From the NCBI GenBank assembly GCA_026392385.1, contig JAPLCG010000064.1:1-56941 (forward strand): a stretch of 56,941 nt of DNA, written 5' to 3'. Positions within the stretch are counted from its first letter, which is position 1. The number at the start of each line of letters is the position of its first letter. Under the pieces are notes generated by a model, which saw only the letters and a list, made by a program, of their open reading frames with translations, was not told the DNA's origin and did no database searches. Positions 38,799 to 48,708 of the stretch are shown here, one piece after another. This stretch comes from Solirubrobacterales bacterium (GTDB lineage Bacteria > Actinomycetota > Thermoleophilia > Solirubrobacterales > Solirubrobacteraceae). A program made the translations under genes and the position numbers.

Positions 38799-39236
38799 AT
38801 GCCTATGGCCAAAGCAAACGGAGTTGTTCACAGCCCCCTCTCAGCGAGCACAGTTTTTGAGCGAGTCGCTGACTTCTCAACGACACAGGAGTGGGATCCA
38901 GGTGTTGTCGAAGCGGAGCGACTGTCCGATGGTCCGCTTGAGATCGGCGCAACATTCCGAGTTGTCGCTGCCTTCATGGGAAGCAAGAGCGAACTCGTAT
39001 ATCGGATCACTGAGTTTGAGCCCGGTCATCGAGTTGTGTTGCGTGGAGAGAACTCAACCGTCCTGTCGGTTGATGTGATCACAGTTGACGCAAGCGGCGA
39101 TGGTTCGGTGCTCACCTATGACGCTGACCTGACGCTCAAGGGGCCACTGCGTCTGCTTGATCCGCTGCTCGGGCTTGCCTTCGGGCGGATTGCCGACCGA
39201 GCTCTTGCTGGCCTGACCGAGTGGTTGAAGAGCTGA
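38799..39236 (+). CDS. SRPBCC (START/polyketide-cyclase-like) family protein
   Basis: 145 aa. The pattern [18 protein letters not shown]...FRVV...YRITEFEP is typical of SRPBCC ligand-binding proteins. Confidence 0.7.
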   Translation: MPMAKANGVVHSPLSASTVFERVADFSTTQEWDPGVVEAERLSDGPLEIGATFRVVAAFMGSKSELVYRITEFEPGHRVVLRGENSTVLSVDVITVDASGDGSVLTYDADLTLKGPLRLLDPLLGLAFGRIADRALAGLTEWLKS

Positions 39237-39269
39237 CCGCCGCCGCGCTGCCTAATCTGCGGGGCAGCA

Positions 39270-39761
39270 ATGATTTCGAATGACGATCTGATCAACAACG
39301 CGGCAGCGTATTCGAGCGTCTTTGACCGCGGGTCATTGAAGCGTTCACCGGCTCGCAAGCTTGCAGTCGTTACCTGCATGGACTCGCGGATTGACACCGC
39401 TGCGCTGCTTGGCTTGCGTGAAGGCGAGGCACACATAATCCGTAATGCGGGCGGGATCATCAACGACGGTGAGATCCGTTCACTCGCAATTTCGCAGCGC
39501 TTCATGGGGACTGAGGAGATCCTCCTTATCCACCACACCGATTGCGGAATGCAGTACTTCTCGGATGAAGAGTTTCGCGCGACTCTCGAGGAGGAGACCG
39601 GCCACAAGGTCCCATGGCCGGTTGAAGCGTTTACCGACCTTGAGTTGGATGTTCGCGTTTCAATGGCGCGGGTTCGCGAAAGCCCATTTATTCCGCATCG
39701 TGACCGGGTTCGTGGCTTTGTCTACGAGGTTGAGACCGGCGTTCTGCGCGAAGTTATTTGA
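39270..39761 (+). CDS. Beta-class carbonic anhydrase
   Basis: VVTCMDSRID (Cys-x-Asp-x-Arg) and IHHTDCGM (His-x-x-Cys) zinc ligands. Confidence 0.88.
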   Translation: MISNDDLINNAAAYSSVFDRGSLKRSPARKLAVVTCMDSRIDTAALLGLREGEAHIIRNAGGIINDGEIRSLAISQRFMGTEEILLIHHTDCGMQYFSDEEFRATLEEETGHKVPWPVEAFTDLELDVRVSMARVRESPFIPHRDRVRGFVYEVETGVLREVI

Positions 39762-41280
39762 TCCGCTGCCACTGGCCGGCAAAGACCGGCACGTAGCCGT
39801 CCCAGCGCTCAGACCAGATCAGCTGGTAGCGACCCTTCAACTGCTTCGGCGCCTCAAGAACACCAGTGCTGTAGCCAACGGCTGCGGTTACGGTGAAGAT
39901 CGATGATCCAACCTTGATCGGCCTAGCAAATGGTCGCAGTCCACTGGTTCGAGTCAGCAGTAGTGATCGCTCGGTTACTGGGTTTAGCTGAATCGCAAGG
40001 TCGCGATCGAGCGGCGGCCCGCTGAAGTACATCGCCTCCAGAATTAGGTCGCCCGGCCGCCAACGCTGCTCAATTGCCTTCGCGGCGGAGCGTAGGTCGG
40101 GGCGCCCGCTCGAGCTGAGTTCGTGGACCGCTCCAATTCCAAGCCCGGCAACCGTCAGCGCCGTTGCCGCAAGCGATGTGGGGGCGGGGATGCGGGTCAG
40201 GAGCGCGGCGACGAGAATTAGCAGCGGCGGCACTGAGGTGATCAGGTTTCTTGACAGCAACAGACTTCTGTCGGGCTGAAGGCTCGCGAGCAACAGGCCA
40301 ACCGGCGCAGCCAGTGCCAACCCAATCAGTAGTCCTGTTGTTGCCGATGGTCTGGCGATCGTCTCACCACTACTGCGGCGTCGCAGCACTTCGAGCAGGC
40401 TTAGTCCGGCAGCGGTACCTACGCCAGCCAAAATCAGCAGCAGGCCAACCGTCCCAGGGATCTCCGAGAGCGACTGGGTGCCGTTCGCAACCCCGAGCGG
40501 GTGGCCGATCAGTGCGCGACCGCTGATCCCGGTCAGCGTGTCAAGGCTGAGTGGGGCAGAGAGCGCAATCCGCCGTGCCTCATCGCCGGCATGGCTGAAC
40601 TGAGTGATGAACGATGGGATCCAAGCGGCAACGATAAGTAGCGCGCCGCCGCATGCTGCGATCAGCTTTCGGCGGCTGCGCGGCTGCGTCCAGAGCGCCC
40701 AAATAATCTCGACGAAGATCACAAAAATGGCGGTGTAGTGGGTCAGTATTGCCGCGGCTATCAGCAGCGCCCAGCCAAGCCAGCGCTTCCAGCCACCGCG
40801 CTCACAGGCTGCCAGCAGGACGAGTGCCGATGCGGTCGTCAAGAGTGCCGTTAGAGCGTAAGAGCGGCTCTCTATTCCGTAGAACAGCAGGAATGGGGAG
40901 ACCGTAACTAGCGCTGCCGCTGCGAGTCCTGCTGCTGTGCTGAATGCTCGCCGGGCAAGCAACGCTGCGACGGGGATCAAGGCACTCCCAGCGATAACTG
41001 ATGGCGCTCGCATCCAAGTTTGATCGTTCCCAAGCTTCGCGCTCAGCCAGCTGAGAACGAATCCAACCGGAGGCGTCTTTTCCTGATTTACAACTGCATG
41101 CAGCATTGAGCTGAATGAGCGACCGTGGATTATTTCCAGCAGGTAGAGCTCGTCACCAGCCGGGCTTTCCTGCGCTCCGATCAGCCGCATTACGAGCGCC
41201 GCAAGTGCGATCGCGAGCACGAGCGGCCACCACCAGCGGTCCGCTGCCGCCGCGCGTGGGTTGTTCGGTGTGGTCGCCAC
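39754..41280 (-). CDS. GT39/ArnT-like (GT-C) membrane glycosyltransferase
   Basis: 508 aa with approximately 11 TM helices, an early GDELYLLEI acidic-loop motif and a soluble C-terminal domain. GTG start. The 3' end overlaps the carbonic anhydrase gene by 8 nt. Confidence 0.7.
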   Translation of the reverse strand: MATTPNNPRAAAADRWWWPLVLAIALAALVMRLIGAQESPAGDELYLLEIIHGRSFSSMLHAVVNQEKTPPVGFVLSWLSAKLGNDQTWMRAPSVIAGSALIPVAALLARRAFSTAAGLAAAALVTVSPFLLFYGIESRSYALTALLTTASALVLLAACERGGWKRWLGWALLIAAAILTHYTAIFVIFVEIIWALWTQPRSRRKLIAACGGALLIVAAWIPSFITQFSHAGDEARRIALSAPLSLDTLTGISGRALIGHPLGVANGTQSLSEIPGTVGLLLILAGVGTAAGLSLLEVLRRRSSGETIARPSATTGLLIGLALAAPVGLLLASLQPDRSLLLSRNLITSVPPLLILVAALLTRIPAPTSLAATALTVAGLGIGAVHELSSSGRPDLRSAAKAIEQRWRPGDLILEAMYFSGPPLDRDLAIQLNPVTERSLLLTRTSGLRPFARPIKVGSSIFTVTAAVGYSTGVLEAPKQLKGRYQLIWSERWDGYVPVFAGQWQRIK

Positions 41281-41309
41281 CGCTCAGCACGCTACCGTTG
41301 AAGGCGGAG

Positions 41310-42680
41310 ATGAGTGCACGCGAGCAGCTTGTGGACAGGACAAGGCTTCAAGGGCTGATTGCCTCAGAGCGAGCCGATTTCGCCGAGCGCAACGCTGTTT
41401 CAAAGCAGCATTTCGAGGCGGCTGACGAGCATCTCTGGACTGGCGTGCCGATGGCATGGATGGCCAAGTGGCCCGGCGGCTTTCCGCTCTCGATGGTTGG
41501 CGCAAGAGGAGCGCGTGTAGTTGATGTTGATGGCCATGAATACATCGATTTCTGTCTCGGTGATACCGGCGCGATGGCCGGGCACTCCGCACCGGCGACG
41601 GTCGCAGCGGTTGAACGCCGCGCTGCCGAACTTGGCGGGATTACGACGATGCTTCCTACTGAGGACGCAACCTGGGTAGCGGGCGACCTCGCCAAGCGCT
41701 TTGGCCTGCCGCAGTGGAGCTTTACGCTCTCAGCTACCGACGCGAACCGCTTCGCTTTGCGCAAGGCACGACAGCTGACAGGTCGTCCAATGGTTCTCTG
41801 TTTCTCGTGGTGTTACCACGGCTCAGTTGATGAGACGGTGGTCGTGTTGGCCGCCGATGGCGCGCGCTCGCGGCCAGGCAATGTTGGTCCAGCGGTTGAT
41901 CCAACTGAGACGACCCGTGTCTGTGAGTTCAACGACCTAGAAGCAGTTGAGCGGCTGCTCGCGGACCGCCAAGTTGCCTGTGTTATTACCGAACCCGCGC
42001 TTACGAATATTGGGATTGTGCTGCCCGAACCAGGCTTTATGGAAGGCCTGCGGGAGTTGACGCGCCAAACTGACACGCTGCTGATCATCGATGAGACTCA
42101 CACGTTGAGCGCGGGGCCCGGCGGTTGCACGAAGGCTTGGGGGCTTGACCCGGACATCGTCACAATTGGCAAAGCGATTGGTGGGGGTATCCCAATTGGC
42201 GCCTATGGAATGTCCGCTGCCGTGGCCGAACAGCTGAAGGCCGATGAGGATGCTGACTTCATTGATACCGGCGGGGTTGGCGGCACGCTTGCTGGCAACG
42301 CGCTTTCCTTGGCAGCGGCGCACGGCACACTCGATGAGGTTCTAACAGCGAGCGCATTTGAGCGAATGGAAGCGCTTGCGACCCGGTTCACTGCAGGAGT
42401 TGATGCCGCAATTGAGCGCTATGGAGCTCCCTGGGTTTGCGTTCAGCTAGGTGCGCGTACTGAGTACCGGTTTATGCCAGAGGCGCCGCGGAATGGCGGT
42501 GAGTCGGCTGCTGCCGATGATCCTGAGCTTGATGAATGGCTGCACCTCTACATGCTCAATCGCAACATCTTGATGACGCCGTTCCACAACATGGCCCTAA
42601 TCTGCCCGACGACCACCGAGGCTGATGTAGACCGCCACAGCGAGCTGTTTGATCAAGCTCTAGCGTCGCTGTTTGGTTGA
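41310..42680 (+). CDS. Class III PLP aminotransferase (glutamate-1-semialdehyde aminomutase-like)
   Basis: ATG at 41310 with AAGGCGGAG upstream. YIDFCLGDTGAMAGH, IIDETHT and the TIGKAIGGG PLP lysine. Confidence 0.82.
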   Translation: MSAREQLVDRTRLQGLIASERADFAERNAVSKQHFEAADEHLWTGVPMAWMAKWPGGFPLSMVGARGARVVDVDGHEYIDFCLGDTGAMAGHSAPATVAAVERRAAELGGITTMLPTEDATWVAGDLAKRFGLPQWSFTLSATDANRFALRKARQLTGRPMVLCFSWCYHGSVDETVVVLAADGARSRPGNVGPAVDPTETTRVCEFNDLEAVERLLADRQVACVITEPALTNIGIVLPEPGFMEGLRELTRQTDTLLIIDETHTLSAGPGGCTKAWGLDPDIVTIGKAIGGGIPIGAYGMSAAVAEQLKADEDADFIDTGGVGGTLAGNALSLAAAHGTLDEVLTASAFERMEALATRFTAGVDAAIERYGAPWVCVQLGARTEYRFMPEAPRNGGESAAADDPELDEWLHLYMLNRNILMTPFHNMALICPTTTEADVDRHSELFDQALASLFG

Positions 42681-42686
42681 GGAGTC

Positions 42687-42708
42687 GCGCCAGCCGAGCG
42701 GCTGGCGC
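42687..42708. terminator. Perfect 9-bp hairpin between convergent genes
   Basis: GCGCCAGCC-gagc-GGCTGGCGC lies between the aminotransferase stop (42680) and the sigma-factor stop (42724). No U-tract. Confidence 0.45.
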
Positions 42709-42723
42709 AGCATCCCCTTGCAG

Positions 42724-43728
42724 CTACTCCTGTTCGCGAAGTGAGCGAACTCTGGAGTTCTCTGCGAGGCGTCGGAGGCCCTGCTCTTCCAGCTGGCGAG
42801 CGCGCTCGGGTGTAACGCCGAGTTCGCGGCCTGTATGGGCAAGCGTTGCCGGATCGTCGAGGCCATTTAGGCCAAAGCGCAGTTCCAGCACCTTCCGCTC
42901 GTTAGTCGGCAGCGACTCAACTGCTTCAGCGATCAGGACGCGTCGGTTGTTGGTGTCGGCGAGCTCCTCGGGGAGTGGCCCATCGGCAGGCAGCAGGTCG
43001 CCGAGACTTGTCTCGCCGTCCTCACCAACTCCTACATCGAGGCTGGTGACAGCCAGCGATGCACGGCGCGCTTCGTTGATCTCTTCGATTGGCAGGTCGG
43101 CTGCCTCGGAGAGCTCCTCGTCAGTTGGGTCGCGGCCCAGCAGTGCTGCGAGTTCGCGCTCGGCACGGGCAAGTGCTCGCATCCGCTGGTTGACGTGTAC
43201 AGGTAGGCGGATTGTCCTCGCTGAATTTTCGAGGCCACGCTGAATCGCCTGGCGAATCCAGAGGGTTCCATAGGTTGAGAACTTGAATCCCTTGCGGTGG
43301 TCGAATTTTTCGACTGCGCGGATCAGGCCGAGCATGCCCTCCTGAACGAGGTCGTTCATGTCAAGGCCATGGCCTTGGTAGCGGCGCGCAACGGACACGA
43401 CAAGCCGCAGATTCGAGTTGATCATCCGCTCCTTGGACTGCAGGTCGCCGCGTTCGATGCCCTTGGCAAGCTCAACCTCTTGGGCCTTGTCGAGCAGTGG
43501 GTAGCTGCGGCTAAGCGAGAGCAGGTGGCCGAGTGCGTCGCCGGCAGGGTCGGTTGCAGGATGTGCGCCAGCTGCGTGAGCTCCGTGGCCGCTAAGCCGG
43601 CTCTGGGCGCGTGCTGAGTCGCCGCCGCCTGGGCGTCGGGTTGGGCGCAACGGAGCGCGCTTCTCATGAGCTGAAGCGGTTGCCTTCTTGGCGGTCTTGC
43701 TGTTCTTTGGGGTTTTCTTAGTTGCCAT
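42724..43728 (-). CDS. Sigma-70 family RNA polymerase sigma factor (group 1/2-like)
   Basis: Regions 1.2-4.2 are recognisable (LLDKAQEVELAKGIERGD, NLRLVVSVARRY, KFSTYGTLWIRQAIQRGL, TLAHTGRELGVTPERARQLE). Lys/Ala-rich N-terminus. ATG at 43728 chosen. Confidence 0.9.
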   Translation of the reverse strand: MATKKTPKNSKTAKKATASAHEKRAPLRPTRRPGGGDSARAQSRLSGHGAHAAGAHPATDPAGDALGHLLSLSRSYPLLDKAQEVELAKGIERGDLQSKERMINSNLRLVVSVARRYQGHGLDMNDLVQEGMLGLIRAVEKFDHRKGFKFSTYGTLWIRQAIQRGLENSARTIRLPVHVNQRMRALARAERELAALLGRDPTDEELSEAADLPIEEINEARRASLAVTSLDVGVGEDGETSLGDLLPADGPLPEELADTNNRRVLIAEAVESLPTNERKVLELRFGLNGLDDPATLAHTGRELGVTPERARQLEEQGLRRLAENSRVRSLREQE

Positions 43729-43874
43729 CTGTTTCCTGACTATAGGTAAGTAACGGGGCTGAGTCAAGTTTCTGCTGCGCAGTGTGCGCCTTTTCACTTA
43801 CGTTGAAGCTGTCCTCTGGATTGTTTGGTCGCTGCGGTCGTGCGATTCCTGACGCTGGCTATCATCAGTAGTAC

Positions 43875-45077
43875 GTGCGAGTGAGGATTCTTGGACCGGT
43901 TTTGATCGCCTTTGCCGCTTTTGCGGGCCTATTGGCGCTTTCACTGGGCCTTTCCTCAACTTCGAAAGCAAAGGATGCCAGCCGTTCCTCAACGGGACTT
44001 AAACTTTCGCTGATTGGTGGTTTCAACATGCCGCTGGGCGTTGTTCAGCCACCAAGCGATAGCTCTCGTCTGTTCATCGTGCAGCAGCGCGGGCAGGTCG
44101 TCTTGTTCCTAAACGGGCGCAGGCAGTCACAGCCATTTCTTGACATCAGCGCCAAAGTTTCCTGCTGCGGCGAACAAGGGCTGCTCGGACTGGCCTTCGC
44201 CCCTGATTACGCATCCAGCGGACTGTTCTATGTCGACTACACCGACCGAAGTGGCAACGTAAAGATCGTCGAGTACCGACGCTCAACAACGAACCCGAAC
44301 CTCGCAAACGCTGCGACCGCGCGGCTGGTCCTCAGCCAGACTGAACCGCAGAGCAATCACAACGGCGGCCACCTCGTGTTTGGGCCTCGCGACCGAATGC
44401 TCTATATCGGGCTCGGCGACGGTGGGTCAGGCAATGACCCTCACGGACTGCTTGGCAATGGCCAAAATCTCTCCACTCTGCTCGGCAAGATTCTGCGGAT
44501 CGACCCTCGCCGCAAGGGTTCAAAGCCTTATACGGTTCCTGCTTCCAATCCGTTTGTCGGCCTAGCAGGAGCGCGTAGCGAGATCTGGGCATACGGTTTG
44601 CGTAACCCGTGGCGCTTTAGCTTTGATTCGGCGACCGGTGGTCTTGTGATTGGGGATGTTGGACAGGACGCAATCGAGGAGATTGACTGGGCTCCAGGAC
44701 CCGGTTACGGGCGGGGAGTCAACTATGGCTGGCGGCCATGGGAGGGGACGCGGGCAAATTATCCCGGTGAGACTGCCGCTGGCGCGGTAATGCCCGTTGC
44801 CCAGTTCACTCACGCGTCTGGTCGCTGTTCAGTAACCGGTGGTTACGTGCTGCATGATCGCCGCATCCCGAGCCTCGAGGGCAAGTACATCTACGGCGAC
44901 TTCTGCACCGGCACGCTCTGGACGGCGTCGCTACGCGAAGGGAGCTTGGCAGCAACAGTTTCAGCCCCGCTCGCAATCAAACTCGCCGGGCTGACAACCT
45001 TTGGTGAGGATCAAGCAGGGCGGATTTACCTCGCTTCGCTGTTTAACAACAATGTCTATCGGCTCGACCCGCGATAG
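43875..45077 (+). CDS. PQQ-dependent sugar (glucose/sorbosone) dehydrogenase-like beta-propeller, secreted
   Basis: GTG start and signal peptide. NHNGGHLVFGPRDRMLYIGLGDGG, GKILRIDP and YGLRNPWRFSFD motifs. Confidence 0.82.
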   Translation: MRVRILGPVLIAFAAFAGLLALSLGLSSTSKAKDASRSSTGLKLSLIGGFNMPLGVVQPPSDSSRLFIVQQRGQVVLFLNGRRQSQPFLDISAKVSCCGEQGLLGLAFAPDYASSGLFYVDYTDRSGNVKIVEYRRSTTNPNLANAATARLVLSQTEPQSNHNGGHLVFGPRDRMLYIGLGDGGSGNDPHGLLGNGQNLSTLLGKILRIDPRRKGSKPYTVPASNPFVGLAGARSEIWAYGLRNPWRFSFDSATGGLVIGDVGQDAIEEIDWAPGPGYGRGVNYGWRPWEGTRANYPGETAAGAVMPVAQFTHASGRCSVTGGYVLHDRRIPSLEGKYIYGDFCTGTLWTASLREGSLAATVSAPLAIKLAGLTTFGEDQAGRIYLASLFNNNVYRLDPR

Positions 45078-45085
45078 TCATTGCG

Positions 45086-45871
45086 GTGAGAGTCGAATTT
45101 AACGACGGCGAAGTAGTTGGACTTACAGCTGATAATCCCGGCCCGTTAACGCTTGCTGGAACGAACAGCTGGATCGTTGGCCGCGAAGGGGCCTGGGTTA
45201 TTGATCCAGGTCCGGATCAATCGCTTCACATCGAGCAAATTGCAGCCGAGGTTGCTGGTCGAGGTGGACTTGCCGGCATTGCCTTGACCCACGGTCATGG
45301 AGATCACAGCGATGGGGTTGAGCGACTGCTCGCCAGCAGTGGTCGCACTGTCACGGTGGTTGGGCCAGTACCGCACGGCGAAGGGAGTCCAGCCCACGGA
45401 AGTCAGCACGGACCGCTTGAGGTGCACCGGCTGCCCGGCCATACGGCTGATCACGTCGCCTACATCTATGAAGGAATCGCCTTTACCGGTGATGCAATCT
45501 TTGCTGAAAGCAGCGTTTTCGTATCACCGGGAAGCGGCTCGCTTGCCGGCTACCTTCAGGCACTTGAACAGCTGGCCAGTCGTCAGCCAATCGTTCTGGC
45601 GCCAGGCCATGGGCCAGTGATCAATGACCCAGAGACTCGAATCAACCAGCAGATCGCCCACCGCCTCGACCGCGAACGCAGGCTGCTTGAGGCGCTTGCC
45701 AGTGGCAGTCGAACGGTTGACCAACTGCTCGCCGAGGTCTGGGACGATGTCCCTGAGGCACTGCTGCCAGCAGCTGCTGTCACGCTTGCCGCGCACCTTG
45801 ACAAGCTCGACGACGAAGCAAGCCTTCCCGAGGGCGTTGAGCGCCCGACTGTGCCCGACTGGATCATCTAG
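45086..45871 (+). CDS. MBL-fold metallo-hydrolase
   Basis: ALTHGHGDHSDG (HxHxDH) and LPGHTADH, plus a later PGHG motif. Confidence 0.85.
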   Translation: MRVEFNDGEVVGLTADNPGPLTLAGTNSWIVGREGAWVIDPGPDQSLHIEQIAAEVAGRGGLAGIALTHGHGDHSDGVERLLASSGRTVTVVGPVPHGEGSPAHGSQHGPLEVHRLPGHTADHVAYIYEGIAFTGDAIFAESSVFVSPGSGSLAGYLQALEQLASRQPIVLAPGHGPVINDPETRINQQIAHRLDRERRLLEALASGSRTVDQLLAEVWDDVPEALLPAAAVTLAAHLDKLDDEASLPEGVERPTVPDWII

Positions 45872-46072
45872 AAACTCCGCGGTTGGTTGTGTAGTGTCGT
45901 AGCAGTGGCTGAGGAGAGAGTCACCAACCTCTCAAGATGAATCCTGCCGACGCGGAGCGGGTTGGCCTAGAGGTTGGCAATGGCAAAATGGTCGGTGTGC
46001 AGACGCTCGCCAAGCCCTCCAGTGACTGATCGCGGCAGGTCAAGGCTCAACACGGGGTAATCTGAACCTCCG

Positions 46073-46813
46073 ATGGCGGGTTCCCCAACAGTTGGTCTGC
46101 CAATTGCGTTTCTCGCAGGATTGGTGAGTTTCCTTTCCCCGTGCGTGTTGCCGCTCGTACCCGGCTACCTGAGCGTGATCGGTGGCGTCAGCCCGGCCGA
46201 CATGAAGCGTGGCGACACGCGGCGTGTTGTTGTCCCAGCGCTGATATTCGTAATCAGCTTCTCGACCATCTTCATTTTGCTTGGTCTGACGGCAACCGGG
46301 CTTGGAAGTTGGCTCTTTTCGAATCAGCGCACACTCGAAAAGATCTCGGGTGGTCTGATCATCGCGATGGGGTTGGTCTTCCTGCTGAGCCCGTTCATTC
46401 CGGCGCTATCTCGCGAATGGCACCCCGGCGGTTTGATCGAGAAGGCGGGCCGTGGCGGCCCGGTTGTTGCCGGTGCTGCCTTCGCAATCGCTTGGACGCC
46501 CTGCATTGGCCCAACGCTTAGCGCGATTCTCGCTACCGCAGCCCTGTCGCATTCCGCCGGTCGCGGCGCTCTGCTGCTGGGCTTCTACTCGCTTGGTCTA
46601 GCGGTTCCGTTCATGCTCACGGCACTTGCCTTCGGACGGATGACCAGCGCCTTTGCAGTTGTCAAGCGCCACTACGCAGTCGTTGTTGCCGTTGGCGGCG
46701 TGGTTCTCGTTGTGCTTGGCGTTCTGATCTGGACCGGCGAGTTCTTCCGGCTAAACAGCGAAGCCCAGAATCTTCTCCAGAACATTGGCATTGGTGACCC
46801 CGGCAGTTACTGA
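46073..46813 (+). CDS. ccdA: Cytochrome c biogenesis / thiol-disulfide transporter CcdA (DsbD family)
   Basis: FLAGLVSFLSPCVLPLVPGYL and AWTPCIGPTL conserved-Cys motifs. Six TM helices. Confidence 0.9.
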   Translation: MAGSPTVGLPIAFLAGLVSFLSPCVLPLVPGYLSVIGGVSPADMKRGDTRRVVVPALIFVISFSTIFILLGLTATGLGSWLFSNQRTLEKISGGLIIAMGLVFLLSPFIPALSREWHPGGLIEKAGRGGPVVAGAAFAIAWTPCIGPTLSAILATAALSHSAGRGALLLGFYSLGLAVPFMLTALAFGRMTSAFAVVKRHYAVVVAVGGVVLVVLGVLIWTGEFFRLNSEAQNLLQNIGIGDPGSY

Positions 46814-46890
46814 AAAGTGATCCCTCTGCGAGCAAAGCGCCGTATTCAGGAGCAAATGAACCCTCATCTATCTCCGACCGGTACGCTAGG

Positions 46891-46909
46891 ACATAGAATT
46901 ATTCTAGGT
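46891..46909. promoter_or_regulatory. AT-rich 9-1-9 palindrome, candidate metalloregulator operator
   Basis: ACATAGAATTATTCTAGGT has a perfect TAGAAT-T-ATTCTA core and 8 of 9 arm pairs complementary. It lies 72 nt upstream of the ZIP transporter ATG. Confidence 0.4.
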
Positions 46910-46980
46910 GCTAGGCTGACGAAGGAAGCGCCACTCACGGCGTCAACCGCCCCGAAAATGAACATGGATCCAGTCGCCTG

Positions 46981-47847
46981 ATGACCTTCTCCCAGACCGC
47001 CCTGATGGGTGCGATTGCAGGACTTACGATCTTTATCGGTCTGCCGCTAGGCAGAATGCGTGGCCTCAGTTCCCAGGTCCGCCTTTCACTTGCGATGTTT
47101 TCAGTCGGCGTCCTTGCCTTCCTGTTTGTTGACGTTTCAGCCCACGGCTTTGCGATCGTCGAGACTGCGGTCGAGAAACTGCGTGACGGCTCTGGAGGAC
47201 TCGGCTACACGCTGCTACTCGTTCTACTGATTGCAGTCGGATTCATTCTTGGTAGCGCTGGACTCGCCGCCGTCGACCGCAAGATGCGTAACTCGGGACC
47301 ATCAGCAGTGGCACCGATCGCCGGCGGCGAAGCTGCCACCGTGCTTTCGCCAACGGAAACACAGAGTTATGTGAATGAGGCTGATGTTGCGAGGCGTCGC
47401 ACACTTAGAACCGGCCTGATGATCGCGACAGCAATTGGGATTCACAACCTCGGCGAGGGACTCGCAATCGGCGTTTCGGCACGCAGCGGCGCCATTTCGC
47501 TGGCGACTGTTCTCGTTGTTGGCTTCGCCCTGCACAACGCAACTGAAGGATTTGGGATCGTTGGGCCACTCGGTTCAGTTCGGCCAACATGGCGCTGGCT
47601 TGGGCTTGCCGGACTGATCGCCGGAGCGCCAGTATTTGTCGGCACGATTATTGGATGGAACGTCCAAAGCGATCCACTTGAGCTTGCCTGCTACGCACTC
47701 GCTTCGGGCGCAATCCTCTACGTGATCGGTGAGATCTGGCACGCGATGCGGCGCCTTGGCCATCGCGAACTCGGCCTGCTGATGCTTGGCGCGGGCTTCG
47801 TTGTCGGTGTTGTCACCGACCTCGTAGTTGTCTACGGCGGCGGTTGA
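46981..47847 (+). CDS. ZIP-family divalent metal transporter (ZupT/GufA-like)
   Basis: IGIHNLGEGLAIG and FALHNATEGFGI metal-binding helices. Eight predicted TM helices. Confidence 0.85.
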   Translation: MTFSQTALMGAIAGLTIFIGLPLGRMRGLSSQVRLSLAMFSVGVLAFLFVDVSAHGFAIVETAVEKLRDGSGGLGYTLLLVLLIAVGFILGSAGLAAVDRKMRNSGPSAVAPIAGGEAATVLSPTETQSYVNEADVARRRTLRTGLMIATAIGIHNLGEGLAIGVSARSGAISLATVLVVGFALHNATEGFGIVGPLGSVRPTWRWLGLAGLIAGAPVFVGTIIGWNVQSDPLELACYALASGAILYVIGEIWHAMRRLGHRELGLLMLGAGFVVGVVTDLVVVYGGG

Positions 47848-47850
47848 CGC

Positions 47851-48690
47851 TCAGCTGCCAGCTTCGGCGCTACGGATTGCATCCGCGCCGCGCCTGCCGA
47901 TAAGTCGCTCAATCAGTGGTTGGGCGACTCCATGGCTGGCAATAAGTGGCTTGACCCAACCTGGGTAAGCCACAATCCGCGAGCGTGTCTCAATGCCCTT
48001 GATTAGTGCATCGATCGCGCCTTCAAGCGGGTAGACCTTGGCGACTGGGCCAGGCAACTGATCTCGCATTGCTACAGCGACGGGCCGATCAAATGCATTG
48101 CGGACAAGGTCAGTGTCGAGGAAGCTGAAGTATCCACAGCCAACGGTTGTACCCGTACCGGCTAGCTCCTGGCGTAGGACATTGGCGAGCGCCTCAACAG
48201 CGGCCTTCGACGCTGCGTAAGGGCCCATTGTCGGCGCATGACTTACTGCTGCGACCGATGCGATCGGCAAGAGATGGCCACGGCGCTCAACAACATGCGG
48301 CAGAACAGCCTGGCTTGTGCTGAAAACACCGGTTAGGTTGATGTCGATCACGCGCTGAAACTCCTCTGGCGCGATTTCCGCGAGCGATCCGGCGGTCTCA
48401 ACGCCAGCGTTTGCGACGGCTACATCAATTCCTCCGAGAGCACTGACCGTCTCAGCGACTGCGCGGTCAAGAGCGGGTCGGTCACGAACATCCGCTTCGG
48501 CAACAACAACATCAACGCCGTACTCGCCGCGAATCCGCTCAGCGAGAGTCTCCATCCGTTCAGGTTCAAGTCCAACTAGTGCCAGTCGTGCGCCACGTTT
48601 GGCAACTGCGAGTGCCAAGCCTTCGCCGATTCCGCGGGCTGGGCCGGTGATTAGGACTGTTCGTCCGCCGAGTGAATAGTTAGTTGCCAT
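47851..48690 (-). CDS. Short-chain dehydrogenase/reductase (SDR)
   Basis: VLITGPARGIGEG (TGxxxGxG), NAGV and YAASKAA (YxxxK). Confidence 0.88.
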   Translation of the reverse strand: MATNYSLGGRTVLITGPARGIGEGLALAVAKRGARLALVGLEPERMETLAERIRGEYGVDVVVAEADVRDRPALDRAVAETVSALGGIDVAVANAGVETAGSLAEIAPEEFQRVIDINLTGVFSTSQAVLPHVVERRGHLLPIASVAAVSHAPTMGPYAASKAAVEALANVLRQELAGTGTTVGCGYFSFLDTDLVRNAFDRPVAVAMRDQLPGPVAKVYPLEGAIDALIKGIETRSRIVAYPGWVKPLIASHGVAQPLIERLIGRRGADAIRSAEAGS

Positions 48691-48708
48691 TGATCGGCAG
48701 GCTATCGC

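Noticed and set aside
42677-43243. A 188-aa plus-strand ORF antisense to the sigma factor gene.
   Set aside because: Its translation is low-complexity Ser/Arg/Ala, whereas the opposite strand encodes all conserved sigma-70 regions.
46856-46981. A 41-codon upstream ORF with AGGAG-caa-ATG, whose stop overlaps the ZIP transporter start (TGATG).
   Set aside because: Its codon usage is atypical (CTA three times, plus AGA, AGG and ATT-ATT). The candidate operator palindrome lies inside it, so the transcript probably starts downstream. I kept it only as a remote possibility of a leader peptide.
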